A DNA stretch of 64,000 bases, taken from the NCBI GenBank assembly GCA_002498605.1, contig DAHY01000009.1:22971-86970 (forward strand), read 5' to 3'. Shown in pieces: positions 19,825-30,407 of the stretch. The first letter of the stretch is position 1. Each line of letters opens with the position of its first letter. Position numbers and translations under genes: made by a program. The DNA is from Methanomassiliicoccaceae archaeon UBA404 (lineage in GTDB: Archaea > Thermoplasmatota > Thermoplasmata > Methanomassiliicoccales > Methanomethylophilaceae). The notes under the pieces are model-generated. The model did no database searches and was not told where the DNA came from. It saw only the letters and a program-made list of their open reading frames with translations.

Positions 19825-22434
19825 TCAGATACCCAGAACTATCAGAACATTGCCTACCTGCAATGTTTCCACAGCCTTTCCGTCCAATGTAAGACGGGTT
19901 TCCAATTCAAAGAATTCCGGGTCCAACTCATAAACTTCGTCGGCCTTCACAATAACCTTTCCGGATTTCAGTTGTTCCGCAACATCCGAGGGATTCATTT
20001 CGGATATGGCGGCAACAATGCCTTTCGCGGCCGCTTTGAATGCGGGGCCGAGTTTTGCGTGAACCGGTTTGACGCTGACCACTTCTTCGGTGAATTCGGC
20101 GGATTCGGCAACCGTGATATCGGAGGCTTTGGTGGTTTCGGAAATATCGGCGATGGCGTCTTTCAGCAGGGCGGCCTCTGTGCCGACAAATTCCAATGTG
20201 GGTATTTCGGCATTCAGGGGAATCTTCTTGGAAGATTTCCATGCTCTGACGGCCGCAACAACGTCTTTGAGAATTTCTCCGGCGGCTTCAGCCTCCTCGT
20301 CAATCATGATAGGCACAGGCCATTTGGTAAGGTGTATGCTTTTTTCATCTTCGAACTGTCTGAAGATATTCTGATACATCTCTTCTGTCACGTGGGGGAA
20401 CAGAGGCGCAATCATTTTGAGAGAACCGTAGAACACGTTGTACAAAGTGTAAACTACAGCTTCGTCATCGCGGCTCTTTACCATTTCCACATAATGGTCG
20501 GCAAACTCGTGCCAGATGAAAGATTCCAGTATCTTAACAACCCTGTCGAATTGATAATCGTCATAAAACGCACTTACCTCTTTGACAACCTTTGAGAATT
20601 TTGAAAGAATCCATTTATCGGAAACGCGCAACGTATCGCAGGACTCCGACGGTTTGTTTTTCAGGAATCTGGAAACGAACTGTCCCAGATTGAATATCTT
20701 ATTGCAGAATCTTCTTCCGCGGACAACATCGGGTTCTCTGAATGCATGGTCGATACCCAAAGAACAGGTTGCCGCATAATACCTCAATGCGTCGGCTCCG
20801 TATTCTTCCAGTATAGGCACGGGGTCGATGACGTTTCCGACCGAGGAGTGCATGGGAGTTCCGTCCGGCGACATGATGAATCCGTTAATCATAATGTCAT
20901 CCCAGGGTTTCTCGCCGGTCATCTGTTCGGAACGCAATATGGTGTAGAACGCCCAGGTCCGTATAATATCATGGGACTGAGGTCTCATGGACATGGGGTA
21001 CAGCTTCTTGTGAAGTTCCTCATCTCTTTTCCAGTATGTATTATAAAGAGCGGAGCCCGAAGAATCCATCCAGGTATCGAAAACATCGGTGGAACCGATC
21101 AGATTACCGCCGCATTTGGGACATTTTTCGACAGGGGGTTTATCTTCGGTCGGATCGCAGTAGAGCATCCCCTCGGTGGCGCAAACGGCATGATTGCAAT
21201 CTTCGCATTCCCAGATGGGGATGGGGGTTGCAAACACTCTTTGACGGCTGAGAACCCAATCCCATTCCAGCGATTCCACCCAATCCACCAGACGGACTTT
21301 CATAAATTCGGGATGCCAATCGATTTCATCGGCTTTCTTCAAAACTTTTTCTTTGAAGTCCAACGTCTTAAGGAACCATTGAGGAACCTGAAGATATTCT
21401 ATGGGCGTCTTGCATCTCCAGCAAACCGAGAGTTGCTGAGGGTTATCCTTCTGTTCTTTCAGAAGTCCCAGATCTCTCAGGTCATTTATGGATGCGGCTC
21501 TGGCTTCAGTAACAGTGAGTCCCTTGTATTTACCCGCTATTTCGGTCATTCTGCCGGTTTCGTCAATACCTTTCTCCATCGGGAGATGGTATTTCATAAC
21601 CCATTCCAAATCGTCTTTGTCTCCGATGGTACATATCATGACAAATCCGGTACCGTATTTCGGATCTACCTTTTCATCGGCAATGACCTTTACTTTTTTG
21701 TTGAACATGGGCGTAACAAGTTCTTTGCCCACCAAATGGGTCTTTTCCTTGTCATCGGGATGAACGGCAACCACCTGACAGGTGCACAGGAGCTCGGGCC
21801 TTGTGGTGGCAATCAATACGGATTCATCCGAATCCGCAATGCCGAATTTGATAAAGTTGAGTTTGGTGACATTATCGGTGTAGTCCACTTCCGCGTCTGC
21901 AAGTGCGGTCATACATCTGGGACACCAATTAACGGGATAGTTGGCTTTGTAGACCAGGCCTCTGTTGAAGAGTTCGACAAAGGACAGCTGAGTGATTTTT
22001 CTGTAATATGGAGCGTCGGTCTGATAGTAGATGCTGGGATCCATGCTTTCCCCGAGTTTTTCGAAATCCCTGGTCATTTCATCAATGAAGCCGTTGGCAT
22101 ATTCGCTGCAGAGTTTTCGATATTCGCTTCGGGGCAGATCCAGTTTCGTTATGTTGTGCTTTTTCTCCACTTTGACTTCGATGGGAGTACCGTTTACGTC
22201 AAAACATAAAGGGAAGAATACGTTGAAGCCGTTCATTCTCTTGTATCGGGCGGCAAAATCGGATATGGAGTATCCTGTTGCGTGACCCAAATGCATTGAA
22301 CCCGATGTGTACCTTGGGGGATTATCTATGCTGAAGACGGGAGCGTCGGAATCCGGATCAAAACGGTATATTCCCTCGTCCTTCCACATCTTCTGCCAGC
22401 GTCCCTCTATCGAAGAAGAGTCATACTGAGACAT
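19825..22434 (-). CDS. valS: valine--tRNA ligase
   Basis: HLGH (HIGH), VNWCPRCMTALADAEV, ATTRPELL, SRQR, DTWMDSS, PMHSS (KMSKS-like). Confidence 0.95.
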   Translation of the reverse strand: MSQYDSSSIEGRWQKMWKDEGIYRFDPDSDAPVFSIDNPPRYTSGSMHLGHATGYSISDFAARYKRMNGFNVFFPLCFDVNGTPIEVKVEKKHNITKLDLPRSEYRKLCSEYANGFIDEMTRDFEKLGESMDPSIYYQTDAPYYRKITQLSFVELFNRGLVYKANYPVNWCPRCMTALADAEVDYTDNVTKLNFIKFGIADSDESVLIATTRPELLCTCQVVAVHPDDKEKTHLVGKELVTPMFNKKVKVIADEKVDPKYGTGFVMICTIGDKDDLEWVMKYHLPMEKGIDETGRMTEIAGKYKGLTVTEARAASINDLRDLGLLKEQKDNPQQLSVCWRCKTPIEYLQVPQWFLKTLDFKEKVLKKADEIDWHPEFMKVRLVDWVESLEWDWVLSRQRVFATPIPIWECEDCNHAVCATEGMLYCDPTEDKPPVEKCPKCGGNLIGSTDVFDTWMDSSGSALYNTYWKRDEELHKKLYPMSMRPQSHDIIRTWAFYTILRSEQMTGEKPWDDIMINGFIMSPDGTPMHSSVGNVIDPVPILEEYGADALRYYAATCSLGIDHAFREPDVVRGRRFCNKIFNLGQFVSRFLKNKPSESCDTLRVSDKWILSKFSKVVKEVSAFYDDYQFDRVVKILESFIWHEFADHYVEMVKSRDDEAVVYTLYNVFYGSLKMIAPLFPHVTEEMYQNIFRQFEDEKSIHLTKWPVPIMIDEEAEAAGEILKDVVAAVRAWKSSKKIPLNAEIPTLEFVGTEAALLKDAIADISETTKASDITVAESAEFTEEVVSVKPVHAKLGPAFKAAAKGIVAAISEMNPSDVAEQLKSGKVIVKADEVYELDPEFFELETRLTLDGKAVETLQVGNVLIVLGI

Positions 22435-22497
22435 TTTGAACGTGGTCACTATAAAAGAAGATAATAAAAAGGTTTGCTGAACAGGTTTACCGTTACG

Positions 22498-23673
22498 TCA
22501 CTTCTTTCGCTGACGGAACTTTACCTTGGTGTCCTTGAGGTCCATTACTGAATCCGTGATTCTCTTCATCAGATTCGAAGTGGTCGTGATAAGGTCCCAA
22601 CCCACCTCCTTGTAACTCATGACCTTGCCCTTGAAGTACAGTCTGGCGGTTATGCTGTACTTGAAGCGTCCGCCGGTATCGTTGTAACGGGACACATGGA
22701 GCATGAGACTCTCGGGGGTGTACACTTTGTTTATTTTGTTTACCTGTTCCTGAATAACGTCATACATGGCACTTCTCAGGTTTTTGTCCTGATCCTGAAG
22801 CCCGCTGATCTGTATGAACATCATTTCTCTTTCCCTGCAGGCGGAAATAACCTCGATAATATCGTACTGGGTCAGTACACCTACCAAGGCACCCCCTTCT
22901 ACTACGGGCAGAGTGGAGATATTGTCTTTGATCATGAGTTCGGCGGCATCCTTTACGGTATCGTCCCAGTTAACGACCGTAGGGGAATGAACGTAAACGG
23001 ATTTTATTGTCACGTTGGCCTTTGTTTTCTTCTCAAAATCACCGATGGTTTTGGTATCATCCTTCCAGATGATGTCTATGATTTCTTTCATGCCTATGAC
23101 GCCGACGACAATATTTTCATCATTGACCACGGGAATGGTCAAAGTATCCAACTCTGTCATGATATCATAAGCATCGGATAACATATCGTTCACGGAAACT
23201 CTCTGAACGGGGTTCGTCATAAGTTCCCATACCTTAATTTCGCCGAGAGCCTTTATTTTCGAGGCAACACCTACAAGCGCGTTCCTGGAAACGATACCGA
23301 CAACTTTCTTACCGGACATTATGGGAAGCTGTCTGCAGTTGTTTGCGGTCATGGCTTCGGCAATCACGGTTATTTCATCTGCGGTTGTCAGAATCGGAAC
23401 TCCTTCAATCAGGTTCTTTACCTTGTTATCCATGTTGGCGCTCTTCTTCTTCAGTACGGACGTGTAACTGACAACTCCCTGATAACTCCCGTTTTCCAAA
23501 ACCGGAATTTCCTGGTAGTTGCTCTTTTTCATAACTTGCAGAACATCAGACAAACGGTCTTCGGGACTGACGGTCGGAAAATTACTGTCCATAATGTCTT
23601 CGACGGAATTAGCGTCGATCTGAGACCTGAGCATGGATAGCCTTCTCGGATCTTCTAGATCTTTCAATACCAT
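22498..23673 (-). CDS. CBS-domain protein (4 CBS + C-terminal domain)
   Basis: Repeated CBS motifs (LPVVEGGALVGVLT). Confidence 0.85.
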   Translation of the reverse strand: MVLKDLEDPRRLSMLRSQIDANSVEDIMDSNFPTVSPEDRLSDVLQVMKKSNYQEIPVLENGSYQGVVSYTSVLKKKSANMDNKVKNLIEGVPILTTADEITVIAEAMTANNCRQLPIMSGKKVVGIVSRNALVGVASKIKALGEIKVWELMTNPVQRVSVNDMLSDAYDIMTELDTLTIPVVNDENIVVGVIGMKEIIDIIWKDDTKTIGDFEKKTKANVTIKSVYVHSPTVVNWDDTVKDAAELMIKDNISTLPVVEGGALVGVLTQYDIIEVISACREREMMFIQISGLQDQDKNLRSAMYDVIQEQVNKINKVYTPESLMLHVSRYNDTGGRFKYSITARLYFKGKVMSYKEVGWDLITTTSNLMKRITDSVMDLKDTKVKFRQRKK

Positions 23674-23721
23674 TGATAAATCCTCAGATATACATCGTGT
23701 TCAATGGCTATAAAACTTAGT

Positions 23722-23747
23722 TCCGGGGGGCCAGTAAGTCCCCCGGA
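23722..23747 (-). terminator. GC-rich hairpin after glyS
   Basis: TCCGGGGG...CCCCCGGA. Confidence 0.45.
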
Positions 23748-23752
23748 TAATT

Positions 23753-25462
23753 TTAAAGGGTTGAAAATTCTTTTCCGTTGATAAGCTGGCGGATAACTCC
23801 CGCCACATCATCCGCAGGTATGCGTTTCTGATCGCCGGTATCTCTTTCCCTTATCGTGACGGTTCCTTTGTTGGGGCCCTTCAGAGAATCATAGTCGACG
23901 GTAACGCACCACGGGGTGCCCACCTCGTCCATTCTGGCGTATCTTTTGCCGATGGTGCCGGAATCATCGTAATAAGCGGGTGTTTCGGAAGAATGCACAT
24001 CGGCGAATATCTTTTTCGCCAGGACATCCAAGCCGTCCTTGTCCATCAACGGGAAGATGCCTACCTTTATGGGCGCGATTCCGGGTACGAGTTTCATAAT
24101 CGAATAACCACGTTTTTCGTCATTGAAGTAGCTGTGTTCCAACACGGAGTAGAATATCCTGTCCAAACCGTAGGAAGGCTCTATTACATGAGGAATAACG
24201 CGTTTTCCGTTTACTTTCTCCGTTACTTCACGGACTTCGAAATACTCGTCTGTAAGAACGATTCTTTCGCCGTTTATGTTGAGGGTGATTTTGTTGTCGA
24301 AGATGTTGTCTTCGGTTTCGGATTCAAGGGCGGAAGCAATGTCCTTAGCCTTTTCTTTGAAAGCCGGACCCAGTTTTTTGTGATTGGCCACGACCTTTTT
24401 GAAAGTCATCTCCTTGGGTTCGTCGAACATTTCGAAATGAGACAAATCGGCTCCGGAGAACTCCGAATGTCTGGAAAGATCCCAGCATCCTCTGTCGGCA
24501 ATACCGGTGATTTCGGTCCATCCGTACGACAAAAGCACTTCGGCGTCCCAGCAGTCGGCGGCATAGTGCGCCATTTCATCCTTCAGATGCTGTCTGAATC
24601 TGAGTTTTTCGGTATCGATTCCCACTCTTTCCAGGAGTTGTTTGGTAGTGTACACGAAATAAGCCAGTACGGGATTCGCGATGACTCCTTTATCCACAGC
24701 CTCAGCCACGGTCATCGTAACTGTTTTATCGGTGTCGTTGGGCAGAAGCGTAAGTTCACCGTTCTGCACTTCCGAGAAACGGGGCCAGCTCTTGTCTTCG
24801 GGATTTACAAACAATTCAACTTCCATCATGTTGAATTCTCTCATCCGTATCATTCCCTGGCGGGGAGAAATCTCATTTCTGTATCCCCTGCCGGTCTGAA
24901 TAACGCCGAGAGGCAATTTTTCACGGTTGTATCTGTACAGATTCTGGAAGTTGACGAATATTCCCTGGGCGGTTTCCGGTCTCAGATACCCGATTCTTGA
25001 AGAACCGGGACCGATGGTGGTTTTGAACATAAGATTGAAATCTTCGATCTTGCCGAGTTCTCCGCCGCATTCGGGACATTTTATGTTAAAGTCCCTGAAG
25101 GCTTTTTCCAATTCGGCGGGGCTCATGGTATCGGGATTTTCACAAAAATTCCCTACGAGATGATCCGCTCTGAAAGGAAGCTGGCACTCTGTACAGTTGA
25201 CCATATAATCGGAGAACTGTTCAACATGTCCCGAAGCTTTGAAGACATCTTCCGGGTTGATGGTTTCCGAATCGATTTCGATGAAACCCTCACGTACTTT
25301 GTAGATGTTTCTCCAGGCTTCAAGGATGTTGTTCCTCATGGAGGTTCCAAGAGGTCCGTAATCGAACATCCCGGCAACTCCGCCGTAAAGCTCGAATGAA
25401 GGCCAGATATACCCTCTGCGTTTACAGACGGACATCAATTCTGTACTGATATCTTTACTCAT
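23753..25462 (-). CDS. glyS: glycine--tRNA ligase (alpha2 type)
   Basis: LRPETAQGIF, RNEISPRQG, EMAHYAADCWD, VIEPSYGLDRI. Confidence 0.97.
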   Translation of the reverse strand: MSKDISTELMSVCKRRGYIWPSFELYGGVAGMFDYGPLGTSMRNNILEAWRNIYKVREGFIEIDSETINPEDVFKASGHVEQFSDYMVNCTECQLPFRADHLVGNFCENPDTMSPAELEKAFRDFNIKCPECGGELGKIEDFNLMFKTTIGPGSSRIGYLRPETAQGIFVNFQNLYRYNREKLPLGVIQTGRGYRNEISPRQGMIRMREFNMMEVELFVNPEDKSWPRFSEVQNGELTLLPNDTDKTVTMTVAEAVDKGVIANPVLAYFVYTTKQLLERVGIDTEKLRFRQHLKDEMAHYAADCWDAEVLLSYGWTEITGIADRGCWDLSRHSEFSGADLSHFEMFDEPKEMTFKKVVANHKKLGPAFKEKAKDIASALESETEDNIFDNKITLNINGERIVLTDEYFEVREVTEKVNGKRVIPHVIEPSYGLDRIFYSVLEHSYFNDEKRGYSIMKLVPGIAPIKVGIFPLMDKDGLDVLAKKIFADVHSSETPAYYDDSGTIGKRYARMDEVGTPWCVTVDYDSLKGPNKGTVTIRERDTGDQKRIPADDVAGVIRQLINGKEFSTL

Positions 25463-26300
25463 TTGAATTACCAATCAGGGCTATGAGTATATCCACGTCG
25501 TAAACCATTCCGACAAGTTCGTCTTTGGATCCTCTTACGGGGATCTGTCCGAAGTCATGAAGCTTCATAAGCCTGGCAACTTCCGATATGGATGTTTTCT
25601 TGTACACCGTTATCGGGTCCTTGATCATGAAATCACTGACCTCTTTGTCTTCGTTGAGATACTTGTCGGTTGCCGTGTAGAACAGAGGCAGAACGTTTCT
25701 GTATCCTGCGAGGGTGGTGTCTTCTATTCCGAGAATCTGCATTGCTTCCGGATCTCCGGCCTGATCGCTGAAAAGGTCACGGTCGGTTATGATGCCGGTA
25801 AGATTTCCGACGCTGTCCAATACAGGCATCGCGGGAACGTCACTGAGCCTCATTGCGGGAATCGTGTATGAGAGGGGTTCATGTTCCCAGGCGGTCACAC
25901 AAGTAATCTTGATTACTTCCTCCGCAGTGATTTTGCTCTTAAGGGCTCTGACATCGTCAAGCAAATCCGTGGGGGTTATGATACCGACTAGTTTTCCGTC
26001 TTCGGTGACGGGAAGTCTGTGAAATCTCTCCCTGTAGAAAATTTCCGCCGCTTCGCGAACAGTGGTTTCGGTGCTCACGGATACGGGGTCTTTTTTCATG
26101 ATGAGAGACAGTTGGTCCTCCTCGAAGTTGTTGAATATATCTTTCCTGGATACAACCCCGACAAGTCTTCCGTCGGATCCGCGTATTACAGGGAGTCCGG
26201 TCAGATCGTTCCTGACCATTACATTGATTGCTTCATTTCTTGTTCCCGGCACCTCAGCTACAATGGGTGCCAGTGTCATAATCTCCGATACTCTTTTCAT
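25455..26300 (-). CDS. CBS-domain protein
   Basis: Four CBS repeats. Confidence 0.87.
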   Translation of the reverse strand: MKRVSEIMTLAPIVAEVPGTRNEAINVMVRNDLTGLPVIRGSDGRLVGVVSRKDIFNNFEEDQLSLIMKKDPVSVSTETTVREAAEIFYRERFHRLPVTEDGKLVGIITPTDLLDDVRALKSKITAEEVIKITCVTAWEHEPLSYTIPAMRLSDVPAMPVLDSVGNLTGIITDRDLFSDQAGDPEAMQILGIEDTTLAGYRNVLPLFYTATDKYLNEDKEVSDFMIKDPITVYKKTSISEVARLMKLHDFGQIPVRGSKDELVGMVYDVDILIALIGNSNE

Positions 26301-26740
26301 TTCTTATCAGCCTCAGGCGATCTAACCGTAATTACCGGGCGTTTGGAAGACCGGACAACTTTATCGGCTACGCTTCCCATAAGAAGTTTTGAAACACCCG
26401 ACCTTCCGAGTGTACCCAAGACTACCACGTCATGGTTTTCCGATTCTTCGAGAATAACCTTTATCGGAATACCTTCCGCCAATTTTTTCTCCACTTTGAC
26501 TCCGTATTCCCTGCCGAGTTCTTCCACGTAACCGAGAGCGACTTTGCCTTCGTTTTCCAGTGTGTGGTAAACGTTCATTACCGCAGTGTCCATCGGTATG
26601 TTTCTGAATATTGTCTGGTCGACAACATAAAGGGCGGTGACGACACCTCCGCTGAGTTTTGCAAGCTCCAGAGCAGTCCTCACGGCCGCCTTGGTATATT
26701 CACTTCCGTCCGTCGGTACTAGAATCTTATCAAAAGCCAT
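26297..26740 (-). CDS. universal stress protein
   Basis: ILVPTDGS, GTLGRSG...GSVADKVVR. Confidence 0.92.
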   Translation of the reverse strand: MAFDKILVPTDGSEYTKAAVRTALELAKLSGGVVTALYVVDQTIFRNIPMDTAVMNVYHTLENEGKVALGYVEELGREYGVKVEKKLAEGIPIKVILEESENHDVVVLGTLGRSGVSKLLMGSVADKVVRSSKRPVITVRSPEADKK

Positions 26741-26752
26741 TGTTCATCACCT

Positions 26753-27799
26753 TTATTTTGTCATATTGAAACGTAATATACGTTCGTTGCCCATGAACAT
26801 GCCGTCAACAGTTCCGTCCTTGGACGGAAACACGGTGATATCGGCCTTCATTCCTGGTCGGAGCCCGATTCCTTTCTCATCATATAATAGCTTTCGTCCG
26901 TCAATAACAAGAGTTTCCCAGAATTTTTTACGGGTTCCCCCCTGAGATGCCAAAACAGAAAGATAGCGTCCGGCTTCTTCCCGCAGGTCTGGCGAACAAA
27001 GCATTGCGTTATCGGTTCCCAGGATGGTTCTGTTTCCGACTTCTTCCATTGTCGCATAGGGGGGATTCAATCCAAAGAACGCGTTGGATCTCGGACATAT
27101 CACAATCGGCACATCTTCATCCGCGCATTTGATCAAATCCATCTTCTCGGCGGATGCCATGTGAACGATGAAGGAAGGTGAAAGTGCCAGTATATCATCG
27201 ATATCTTCTCTTTTTCCTTCGCTGGCATGTATTGCGAACATTTTGCCTTTGCGTTTTGTATGTTCGGCGACCGACTCGGAATAAGACAACGGCATATCGT
27301 TTATTCCGGACAGACCGATTCCGTCGGCAACTTCCAGAATTTCATCAATTTCGGAAGGATCGTATTCGTCGGAAACGGGGCGTCCCATGATGACGGCATC
27401 CGGAACGGCGTTTCTCAAAAGTTTGCATCCTTCGACACCTCCTTCTCTGAAGTCTATGAATGTACCGATGCCGTTGGAATATGATTTTTCGGAATATTCT
27501 TTGATATTTTTTGTCAGTGTTTCTTTTGAAGCTTCGGACAGATATCTGTGTTTGAGGCCTCCGGGGCCCACAAGATCGTTGAGACCGATATTATTCGGAA
27601 CCGTCATTCCGCAATCGGCACAATGGGTATGTCCGTTGACCGGAGGGCTCATGATAAATCCTTTTGAAACCGGGGTTTCGGGACAAACGCCTTCCGAAAT
27701 TTCAGCAATTAAACCGTCTTCTGCCAGAACGTATCCTTCAATGGGGCCGTCCGGCGTGATGACGGTTCCGCTGAAATACTTCATGTCCGTCAATTGCAT
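26753..27799 (-). CDS. amidohydrolase/deaminase family protein
   Basis: NGHTH, DFREGG, IHASE, CPRSN, LGTDN. Confidence 0.87.
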   Translation of the reverse strand: MQLTDMKYFSGTVITPDGPIEGYVLAEDGLIAEISEGVCPETPVSKGFIMSPPVNGHTHCADCGMTVPNNIGLNDLVGPGGLKHRYLSEASKETLTKNIKEYSEKSYSNGIGTFIDFREGGVEGCKLLRNAVPDAVIMGRPVSDEYDPSEIDEILEVADGIGLSGINDMPLSYSESVAEHTKRKGKMFAIHASEGKREDIDDILALSPSFIVHMASAEKMDLIKCADEDVPIVICPRSNAFFGLNPPYATMEEVGNRTILGTDNAMLCSPDLREEAGRYLSVLASQGGTRKKFWETLVIDGRKLLYDEKGIGLRPGMKADITVFPSKDGTVDGMFMGNERILRFNMTK

Positions 27800-27875
27800 C
27801 CATTACATATTTTGTTCTTTCGTACGTAAAATACAAATATTCATTTTTTCCATTTCCTGATTCAAGGTGATTCTA

Positions 27876-28043
27876 ATGATTAAAGTCATAAAAGAAGAAT
27901 GTACCGCATGCGGTGCATGTGCCGACGTCTGTCCTCAGGACGCCATCGTAATCGAAGACTTTGCTGTAATCGATAATGATGCCTGTGTGGAATGCGGCGC
28001 ATGTATTGATGAGTGTCCTCAGGACGCCATCGTAGAAGAATGA
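27876..28043 (+). CDS. 2x[4Fe-4S] ferredoxin (55 aa)
   Basis: Below the ORF-track cutoff: [64 protein letters not shown]. Confidence 0.95.
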   Translation: MIKVIKEECTACGACADVCPQDAIVIEDFAVIDNDACVECGACIDECPQDAIVEE

Positions 28044-28081
28044 AATCCATTACCGGCCGTCCGGCCGGGAATATTTTTTAA

Positions 28082-29017
28082 TTACGCCCAATAAGGCTTT
28101 TTGGAGAATTTGTAAGCCATCTGCACGGCGTTGGCGGCTTCTCCGCAGGCGGTTATGATCTGTTTGTATTTACCGGGATAATCAACAACGTCTCCGCAAG
28201 CGAATATGCCCTTTCTGTTCGTGGACATATCCATATTGACTTTGACAAGTCCGTCGGGTGTCAGGTCCAATCCCCACTTTGTCAGAATACCGAGATCTGC
28301 GGTTATGCCGATATTGATTACGGCCAAATCGGTAGGTATGTCGAATCTGCGTCCGTTCTGTTCAACGGTCACGGATTTTAACACACTGTTGCCGTTGAAC
28401 GAAATGGGTGTCGCGTCCATAACTTTCAGGATGTTGCTTTCCTCCAGGGAAGTTACGTTCATTTCATCCGCACGGAATTCGGGTCTTCTGTGCACAATGG
28501 TGGTGTCTGTGACGGAATCGGCAATCAAAGCCATTTCTATGGCGCTGTTTCCGCCTCCGAACATTGTAACTTTCTGTTCGACAAGTTTTTCTTTGACGGG
28601 CAATAGATATTCAACGCCTTTTCCCGCAAATTCCTCCTCTCCGGGAATATCCAATTTGCGCGGGTTAAATTCTCCCATGCCTATTGCTATGATTACAGTA
28701 AGCGTTTTGTATTCGCCTTTGTCGGTTACGATAATAATTTCTTCGTTTCCGTCTTTAATCTCAAGAACCTTTTCAAACTCTCTGATTTCACATCCCAGAT
28801 TTTCTGCCTGGGCATAAAAACGGTCGGAAAGTTTCCTGGCCTGAACGAGTTCGAATCCGGGGAAGTTCTGCACTCCTTTTTCAGGGTACAGTCCCACTAA
28901 TTGTCCGCCTACGCGACCCGAATCGATAATCAGCGTGTTCATCAATTTGGATCTGGCGTAAATCCCTGCAGTAAGGCCTGCTGGACCGGCACCGACGATG
29001 ACTGTATCGTATATCAT
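28082..29017 (-). CDS. TrxR-type FAD/NAD(P) oxidoreductase, probably ferredoxin-NADP+ reductase
   Basis: GAGPAG, GGQL..LYPEK, GGGNSA, HRR, GD..YPGK; no CxxC. Confidence 0.8.
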   Translation of the reverse strand: MIYDTVIVGAGPAGLTAGIYARSKLMNTLIIDSGRVGGQLVGLYPEKGVQNFPGFELVQARKLSDRFYAQAENLGCEIREFEKVLEIKDGNEEIIIVTDKGEYKTLTVIIAIGMGEFNPRKLDIPGEEEFAGKGVEYLLPVKEKLVEQKVTMFGGGNSAIEMALIADSVTDTTIVHRRPEFRADEMNVTSLEESNILKVMDATPISFNGNSVLKSVTVEQNGRRFDIPTDLAVINIGITADLGILTKWGLDLTPDGLVKVNMDMSTNRKGIFACGDVVDYPGKYKQIITACGEAANAVQMAYKFSKKPYWA

Positions 29018-29223
29018 CCGGACGGGAAATATAGTGTCCATATAAAAGAATGACTGAAAAAAGTCAAATAAATTTTCGATAATCGTAAAAAATTTATGTT
29101 TTTCATTAGAATATTCCGGTTTTGTTAAGAAACGTATGGACATTCTCTGCTCATTGCGTAATTTAACAGGGTATTCGGTTTAATTTAATAGTCGCAAAGT
29201 AATATCATCCGCAGAGGTAGGAT

Positions 29224-29577
29224 ATGGACGCACCCGGATTCGCAGATGTTCTGCTGAACTTGATATTGGATGAAATCGACGATCTGATAATAATACACGA
29301 CTCCTCGCATAACGTAGTGTGGATGAACCGTGCCGCATTGAAGGCATTCGGCAAAACCGGGGATGAGGTAATAGGTATCAAGTGCTACAGACTGCTCGGA
29401 CGTTCCGCATGCTGCGCGGATTGCGAAAACATATGCAATCAGGTTCCGGTTCGCCGGAAAGAACCAAGGGTTATACCCGGCACCGGAGAAAAGTACGAAT
29501 GCACCACGGTGCCTTACTTTGAAGACGGCAAGGCAAAGTTGGTGATTCAGCATATGAGGCCGTTCGGAAAGCCATAA
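29224..29577 (+). CDS. stand-alone PAS-domain protein
   Basis: IIIHD...WMNRAA....G....VIGIKCY, followed by a Cys cluster. Confidence 0.75.
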   Translation: MDAPGFADVLLNLILDEIDDLIIIHDSSHNVVWMNRAALKAFGKTGDEVIGIKCYRLLGRSACCADCENICNQVPVRRKEPRVIPGTGEKYECTTVPYFEDGKAKLVIQHMRPFGKP

Positions 29578-29603
29578 ATAGGGTTCTGACATTCCAGAGA
29601 TTT

Positions 29604-29705
29604 ATGGAAATACTGTCTCAGTTTTCGGCAATCATAATCGCTTGCATCGGATACTTGGCAATTCTTATGGCTTACGATATAATCTATAAGAATAAAAAAG
29701 CCTGA
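29604..29705 (+). CDS. putative 33-aa single-TM peptide
   Basis: MEILSQFSAIIIACIGYLAILMAYDIIYKNKKA: hydrophobic core with a basic tail. Confidence 0.35.
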   Translation: MEILSQFSAIIIACIGYLAILMAYDIIYKNKKA

Positions 29706-29927
29706 TCTGTGTACGTTCGAATAGCCGAAGCCCGTATATTTTTGTCCTCAGACGTCGGAACCGTATCACTGTCGAACCGGAACAGACCCGATTTTGTTAA
29801 AAGAAGCGTAAAAACAGTATTCCGGGTTAATTCTCATCGGAATAAATATCTAAGAATTGACTCAAACCCGCTCCGACGGAACGGGGTCGATACAGCAGAT
29901 TAAATATTTGTCGTTCGGTTCCGATAT

Positions 29928-30158
29928 GTGGAAATAAAAAAAACAGCGGTAAACGCAAGAAGATTATTCTTTCTTTTTGCGGCGTTGGCATTCATAGGAT
30001 TGGGTATTTATTCCATGGGGTACAGAAACCATGGTGTTCTTATCCTGATAGTGGGGATGTCGGGATTTTTGATAGCCTTGTCCGTACTCAAATTTTCTTT
30101 CAGAGTTCAGGGTTCAATCGAAGCCAAAGAACGAAGGGAAAATAAATATCGTAAGTAA
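29928..30158 (+). CDS. small two-TM membrane protein
   Basis: Two hydrophobic segments and a basic tail; GTG start. Confidence 0.5.
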   Translation: MEIKKTAVNARRLFFLFAALAFIGLGIYSMGYRNHGVLILIVGMSGFLIALSVLKFSFRVQGSIEAKERRENKYRK

Positions 30159-30200
30159 ATACGTAAAAAGTTTGAAAGATCCAATCCGAGTTATTCAGAC

Positions 30201-30407
30201 TTAGTATCTCTGACGTCTTCCGCCACCGTTTCTGTCGGCAGGGCGGTGTTTCTGGAAACAGTCTCTGCAGTACACGGGTCTTCCTTCTGTCGGTTTGAAA
30301 GGTACCTGACATTCTCCGCCGCAATCTGAGCAGACAGTGTCGAACATCTCGCGAGGTTCGTTATTTCTGTCTCCATAGTTCCTGTTTCTGTTTCCTCCGT
30401 AGGCCAT
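30201..30407 (-). CDS. CxxC-x17-CxxC zinc-ribbon protein
   Basis: PREMFDTVCSDCGGECQVPFKPTEGRPVYCRDCF; RBS AGGAG. Confidence 0.92.
   Translation of the reverse strand: MAYGGNRNRNYGDRNNEPREMFDTVCSDCGGECQVPFKPTEGRPVYCRDCFQKHRPADRNGGGRRQRY

Noticed and set aside
20746..22209. Long antisense ORFs (also 133-930, 42065-43342, 43601-44812, 53955-55472, 58365-59618)
   Set aside because: Shadows of well-supported genes on the opposite strand
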